Below are positions 39,794 to 44,790 of a stretch of DNA of 44,790 nucleotides, piece by piece (position 1 is the stretch's first letter; each line of letters opens with the position of its first letter). A program made the translations under genes and the position numbers. This DNA comes from Chrysochromulina tobinii. Its lineage: Eukaryota. The notes under the pieces were generated by a model. That model made no database searches. It had not been told where the DNA came from and worked only from the letters and a program-made list of their open reading frames with translations. The stretch lies in NCBI GenBank assembly GCA_001275005.1, contig JWZX01002246.1, positions 1 to 44,790 of the forward strand, written 5' to 3'.

Positions 39794-42700
39794 ATGCGCC
39801 GGCCGCTGCTGGCGGTGTCGCTCTTCGCGATCACGACCTCCTCCTCGGCCTCCGCCACGCGCCTTTCGATGGGCCTGACCGCGCTCGCCGCCGCGCCGCC
39901 CGTCGTCATGCGACGGCGAGGCGCGGCGGCCGTGCCGCCGCTCGAGCCAGCAGCGGCGGCGGCGGCGGTGGCGACGGCGCGCACGCGGCCCATCTGCGCG
40001 ACGGCGGCCACTATGCCGCCGCCCGCCGCCGACGCGCCACCCTTTTACATCACCACGCCCATCTACTACGTCAACGGCCAGCCGCACATTGGGCACGCCT
40101 ACACGACGCTGGCGTGCGATGTGCTCGCACGCTTCAAGCGGCTCGATGGGTACGATGTCAAGTTCCTGACGGGCACGGACGAGCACGGCCAGAAGGTGGA
40201 GCAGACGGCCGTCGCCGCCGGCGAGACGCCCATCGCCTTTGCCAACCGCGTCTCGGCCACGTACCGCGCGCTGCTCGATACGTACGACTTTTCGTGCGAC
40301 GAGTTCATCCGGACGACAGAGCCGCGGCACTACGAGGCGGTGCAGGCGCTCTGGTGCAAGCTGCGCGACGCGGGCGACATCTACCTCGGCGCGTACGAGG
40401 GCTGGTACTCGGTGCGCGACGAGTGCTTCTACGGCGAGGACGAGCTCGTCGACGGCAAAGCGCCCACCGGTGCGCCGGTCGAGTGGGTCGCCGAGTCCTC
40501 CTACTTTTTCCGGCTGTCCAAGTACGCGGAGCCGATCGCGCGGCACATTGAGTCGCATCCCGAGTTCATCCGGCCCGCCGGCCGACGCAACGAGGTGCTC
40601 TCCTTCATGCGCGACGGCCTGCGCGACCTCTCGATCTCACGGACCACCTTCGGGTGGGGCGTGCCCGTGCCCGAAGACCCGATGAGCCCGGGCGCGCACG
40701 AGGGGCACGTCATGTACGTGTGGCTGGACGCGCTGACCAACTACCTGACGGCGGTCGGCTACCCGCACACGAGCGCCTCGCAGTACGAGCGATATTGGCC
40801 TGCGAGCGTCCACATGGTCGGCAAGGACATTCTGCGCTTCCACGCCATCTATTGGCCCGCCTTTCTGCTCGCCGCCGGGCTGCCCCTGCCCCAGCGGCTC
40901 TTTGCCCACGGCTGGTGGACCGTCAATGGCGAGAAGATGTCCAAATCGGTGGGCAATGTCATCGAGCCCGTCGGCCTCGTCCAGCGGTACGGCTGCGACC
41001 AGGTACGCTACTTTATGGTGGGCGCTAATGAACCTCTGATGAGCCTCTGATTGCGTCCCTCATCAGGTACGCTACTTTATGGTGAGCGAGGTGCCCTTTG
41101 GCTCGGATGGCGACTTTTCGCACGAGAAGATGCAGGACATCATCAACGCGAAGCTCTCGAATGACCTGGGCAACCTCGCGTACCGCACCCTCTCGTTCGC
41201 GTACAAGCACTGCGCCGCGACCGTGCCCACCCCCGGGCCGCTCAATGCCGACGACGAGGCGATGCTCGAGGCCGCGCGCGCCCTGCTGCCCGCGCTGCGT
41301 GAGCTCGCGGACGAGATGCAGCTGCATCGGATCACGCAGCAGACGAATGCGCTCGTGCAGCAGGCGAATCGGTACATCGACACGCAGGCGCCCTGGTCGC
41401 TGCGCAAGACGGACCCGGCGCGCATGCAGACGGTCCTGTGGGTGCTCATGGAGACCATGCGATACGTGGGCATCGTCTCGCAGCCGGTGACGCCCACGAT
41501 CGCCAGCGCGCTGCTCGACCAGCTGACCGTGCCCAAGACGGCGCGCGCCTTTAGCGCGCTCGTGGAGCCCGCGTGCGTGCTCGCGGGCGGCGGGCCGCTG
41601 CCCATGCCGCAGATCATCGTGCCGCGGTACGAGGCGACGGAGGAGGAGGCCGCTGCCGATGCGGCCGACGCGATGGCCAAGGCGGCCAAGGCGGAGGCGG
41701 CGAGTGCGGCGAGTGCGGCGGCGGCAAAGGCGGGCACGGCGGCGGCAAAGGCGGCGGCCACAGCCCCCCACCTTCTCACGGGCGCGGCGCTCGCGGCGCT
41801 CGAGGCGCAGGTGCGCGCGCAAGGCGACAAGGTGCGCACCGTCAAGGCCGCGATCAAGGCGGGGGAGGTGGAGGAGGGTGCGCTGCAGCCGGAGCTCGCG
41901 GAGCTCATCGCCCTCAAGAGCCAGCTGCCGCCAGATATGTTCGGGAAGTTCCGAGATCAACAAGAAAACCTGATCGACACAGCGAGACCTGCACTCCCAA
42001 CGAAGCGGGGCAACCCCGTCGGCTCGCCTATGCGACGGGCGCAGGACGCGGTGCGCCAAGGCAATGTGTCCTATGCTTTGTCCACGGCGATGGCAGCGAT
42101 CGCGCTCGCGGGCCCAGCATGCTCGGTGTTCGAGTGCAATCAGCTTTTGCGCGTTCTTGGCGACAGCGGGCATGTCGACGCGATGATGGCCATCTTCGAC
42201 GCCATGGTAGCCGCGGGCGCAATGCCGACGCAGGTGACCTACGGCACGCTCATCTCGCGCGCGGGCGCCTGCCGGCAGCCACAGCTGGCAAGCCGCTTCT
42301 ACCGCGACATGCTGCGCCGCGGGCTGGAACCGGACGCGCAGACGCTCAACTCGCTCATCAACGCCTACGCCAAGGCGGGCCACGTGAGCAAGGCGTACGC
42401 AGCCGCTGATGTGATGCGAAAGCGTGGTGTGAGCCCCACGTTGATCACGTACAACACGTTGCTCGACGCATGCGCGCGCGGTGGCAACGTGAGCCTGAGC
42501 CTCGCGTACCAAACGCTCCAGCAGGTGCTGGCCGCCAAGCTGCAGCCGAACGCGCGCACCTTTTCGATCCTCATCCACCTGTGCGCTCGCGTGGGCCGTG
42601 TCGACGACGCCTTCGGCTGGTTCCGGCGCATGGTGGCCGCTGGGGAGACGCCCACAGCCGTTACGTACTCGACGCTGGTGAACGCGTGCGGCCGCGCGGG

Positions 42701-44435
42701 CCAGCTCGAGCGTGCCTTCGCCGTGCTCGACCAGATGAGCCTCGTGGGGCTACAGCCGAATGTGGTCACGTACACCTCGCTCCTCGACGCGTGCGCCAAG
42801 GCGCGCCAACTGCCGCGCGCGCTCGGGGTCTTCCGTGCCATGATCGCCGCCGGAGTGCAGCCTAATCGTATCACGTGCACCGCGCTCTTCCACGGCTGCC
42901 TCACCGCGGGCGAGGTCCTGCTCGCGCGCGAGGTCATCAAGCACATGAGCAAGCTTGGGCTCACCCCCTCGGCGCACTCGTTCACCGCGCTGCTCACCGC
43001 CACGACGAACCTCGACTCGAGTGAACAGAACTCGGCAGCCGTCGCGTGCCTGCTGCGCCAGATGGCCGCTGCGGGCGTCGCGTCGGGTGGAGCCGCCTCC
43101 GCGGGCACATCTACCCTGGCCAGTGCCGCCGCGCCAAAGGATGCCGCCGACGCCGCCGACGCTGCCCTTCAAAGCGTCGTCACGGGCGGCGACCAAAAAG
43201 ATGGCGGCAAGACGAGTCTCGAGGACTCGATCCTGGGCATCCTCGAGCAGCTCACCAAGCGCCCGCGCGCAAGCCGGATCCAGCAGAGCCTCGCCCTCCT
43301 CGACACGGTGCTCTCCGCGCGGCTGCGCCCACCAACGGCGCTCTGGCTCACACTCTTCGCCGCCGCCGACACGAGTATCGAGCTGCAGGCGGCCGTGAAG
43401 CGCTTCCATCGTGCGCGCGACGCTGGGCTCGCCTCGCGAGATAGCCCCGAGAGCGCCGCCCTCGTCGCTGCCACCGCACGCATCGCGTCGAGCCCCGGAG
43501 GAGGCGGCGGCTCCGAGGGAAGCGAGAGCCTCCAAGCAGAGGGCGGCGCAGAGAAAGTGCGCCCTCAACGCGTCCAGCCGTTCCTCTCGTCGGAGGCCGC
43601 TGCTTCGAGCAAGCCCGTGGCCGCCGCCTCCGACACACTGCAGGCCGTCTTCACGGTGTTCACAGAGATGCGCGCCGCTGGAGTGGCACCCGACCTCGCG
43701 GCCTTCAATGCCCTCATCAACGCGTGCGCGAGCGTCGGTGACGTGTCACGCGCCGAAGGCGCTTTTGGCGAGCTCTGTGCGGCCGGCCTCTCCCCAGATA
43801 CCATCTCGTACACGAGCCTCATCAAGGCGTGTGCCGTCGCAGGCGACGCCGCGCGTGCGGATCGCGTCTATCACGAGATGCAGCAGCGCACCAACCATTT
43901 CTCGACCTTCACGCCGCCGAGCGCACACACTTACCGCCATCTGATGGCAGTCCACCTCGAGGCAGCCCACGCACACACCGTCCTCGACCTTTTCGACGAG
44001 ATGAAGGCCCGTGGCATCGCGCCCGGGCACGCGCACTACGCAGCCGTGCTCGGCGCCATCACTCTGCACAGTGAGCTGCCCAGCTCGGTACGGCGCGCCG
44101 AGGAGGTGTACGAGGCGATGCGTCACGACGGTTTCCGTCTTGACACGCGCACGCTACTCCAGTTGGACTCCCTCTGCCGCCGGCATGACCGAGTCGATCT
44201 CGCAAGTCGGCTGCGCCGTGAGCGCTCGATCCCGCCTCGACTCGACACAGCCGCAGAGGCGGTGGTGGCGAGGCGGGCGGCCGAGATGGCGAGGCAGGCG
44301 GACGAGGCGGCCAGGGCCGAAGCCGAGGCGGTGCGGCTTCAGGAAGCAGAGAAGCTGGCGGAGGAGCGGCGACGCGCGGTACTCTCGAGATTGCGCTCGG
44401 GCGGGACTAGTGTGAAGTGGGGGGAGATTTCTTAG
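39794..44435 (+). CDS. metG: Organellar methionyl-tRNA synthetase continuing in frame into a WHEP-like domain and two PPR arrays; exons 39794-41002 and 41067-44435
   Basis: FYITTPIYYVNGQPHIGH, GTDEHGQK, YVWLDALTNY, GKDILRFH, KMSKS. The anticodon-binding domain runs to ~41630. Then QVRAQGDKVRTVK..ELIALKSQL (WHEP-like) and 35-aa PPR units (VTYGTLI, ITYNTLLDACAR, VTYSTLVNACGR, VTYTSLLDACAK, AFNALINACA, SYTSLIKAC). Confidence 0.85.
41003..41066 (+). other. Spliceosomal intron (64 nt, GT-AG) in MetRS, flanked by a 21-bp direct repeat
   Basis: gtacgc...catcag; removal joins ..GCDQ|VRYFMVSEVPFG in frame and skips the stop at 41048-41050. Confidence 0.88.
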
Positions 44436-44790
44436 CGGAGCCTAGTGCGGGGCGGCACAGGGCACCAGGCTGGCCCTGCTCGGATCCGCGCCCAAGCAGC
44501 CAGCACGCAGCAGGCACAGGGCGCCGGGCCCCGCTTTTATCTTCATGCTTAGCCGTCGAGGGCAAGGCTCAAGCTCTTGGCGTCGCCGGTCGTGCGTCTC
44601 AGTGGGGCGGGTGCCGGAGTCGAGCTGCGAGGAGCTCCGCTTGTACGCGGCTTTCACGCGCGCCGGCGTTCCCCGCGGCCCGCGCGCGTACGCCCCGCTT
44701 TCGCTAGCTCGGTCAGACGGCCTGGGGAGCGAAAATTGACCATCGCCAAAATGATCAATTCTGATGATGTCTCTATGGAATAAGGGTGCC

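Noticed and set aside
39755..41050. MetRS as a truncated or frameshifted pseudogene
   Set aside because: The stop lies in a 64-nt GT-AG intron; splicing restores the frame.
41025..43568. Long antisense ORFs (e.g. 41025-42578) and similar ones throughout the window
   Set aside because: These are shadow ORFs expected opposite GC3-rich coding sequence.

Overview
GC-rich, gene-dense, intron-poor eukaryotic nuclear DNA. It is most likely from a flagellated alga with a complex plastid (haptophyte-like). This is inferred from several signal-plus-transit N-termini, short GT-AG introns, IFT dynein and RPGRIP1-like genes, and a nuclear mitochondrial-type uS10. About 20 protein genes are supported: tandem RPGRIP1-C-like C2 protein (partial), PurD-PurN fusion, plastid-targeted enolase, WDR76/Cmr1-like WD40, Pumilio with polyQ, EF-hand protein, SET methyltransferase, C1q-like coiled-coil protein, FHA protein, uS10, IQ protein, F-box, D1bLIC/DYNC2LI1, PFKFB, NCBP3 and organellar MetRS. 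Highlights: (1) a plastid-targeted carboxyl-methyltransferase fused to a CAO/PAO-type oxygenase that keeps the mononuclear iron site but lacks the Rieske cluster subdomain, a candidate for making the C7 methoxycarbonyl group of chlorophyll c3; (2) an organellar MetRS-WHEP-PPR fusion; (3) an intron flanked by a 21-bp duplication of its own splice junction; (4) a ~1.1 kb non-coding block of nested direct and inverted repeats with a degenerate hammerhead-like motif. All calls come from motif recognition by eye; no searches were run.
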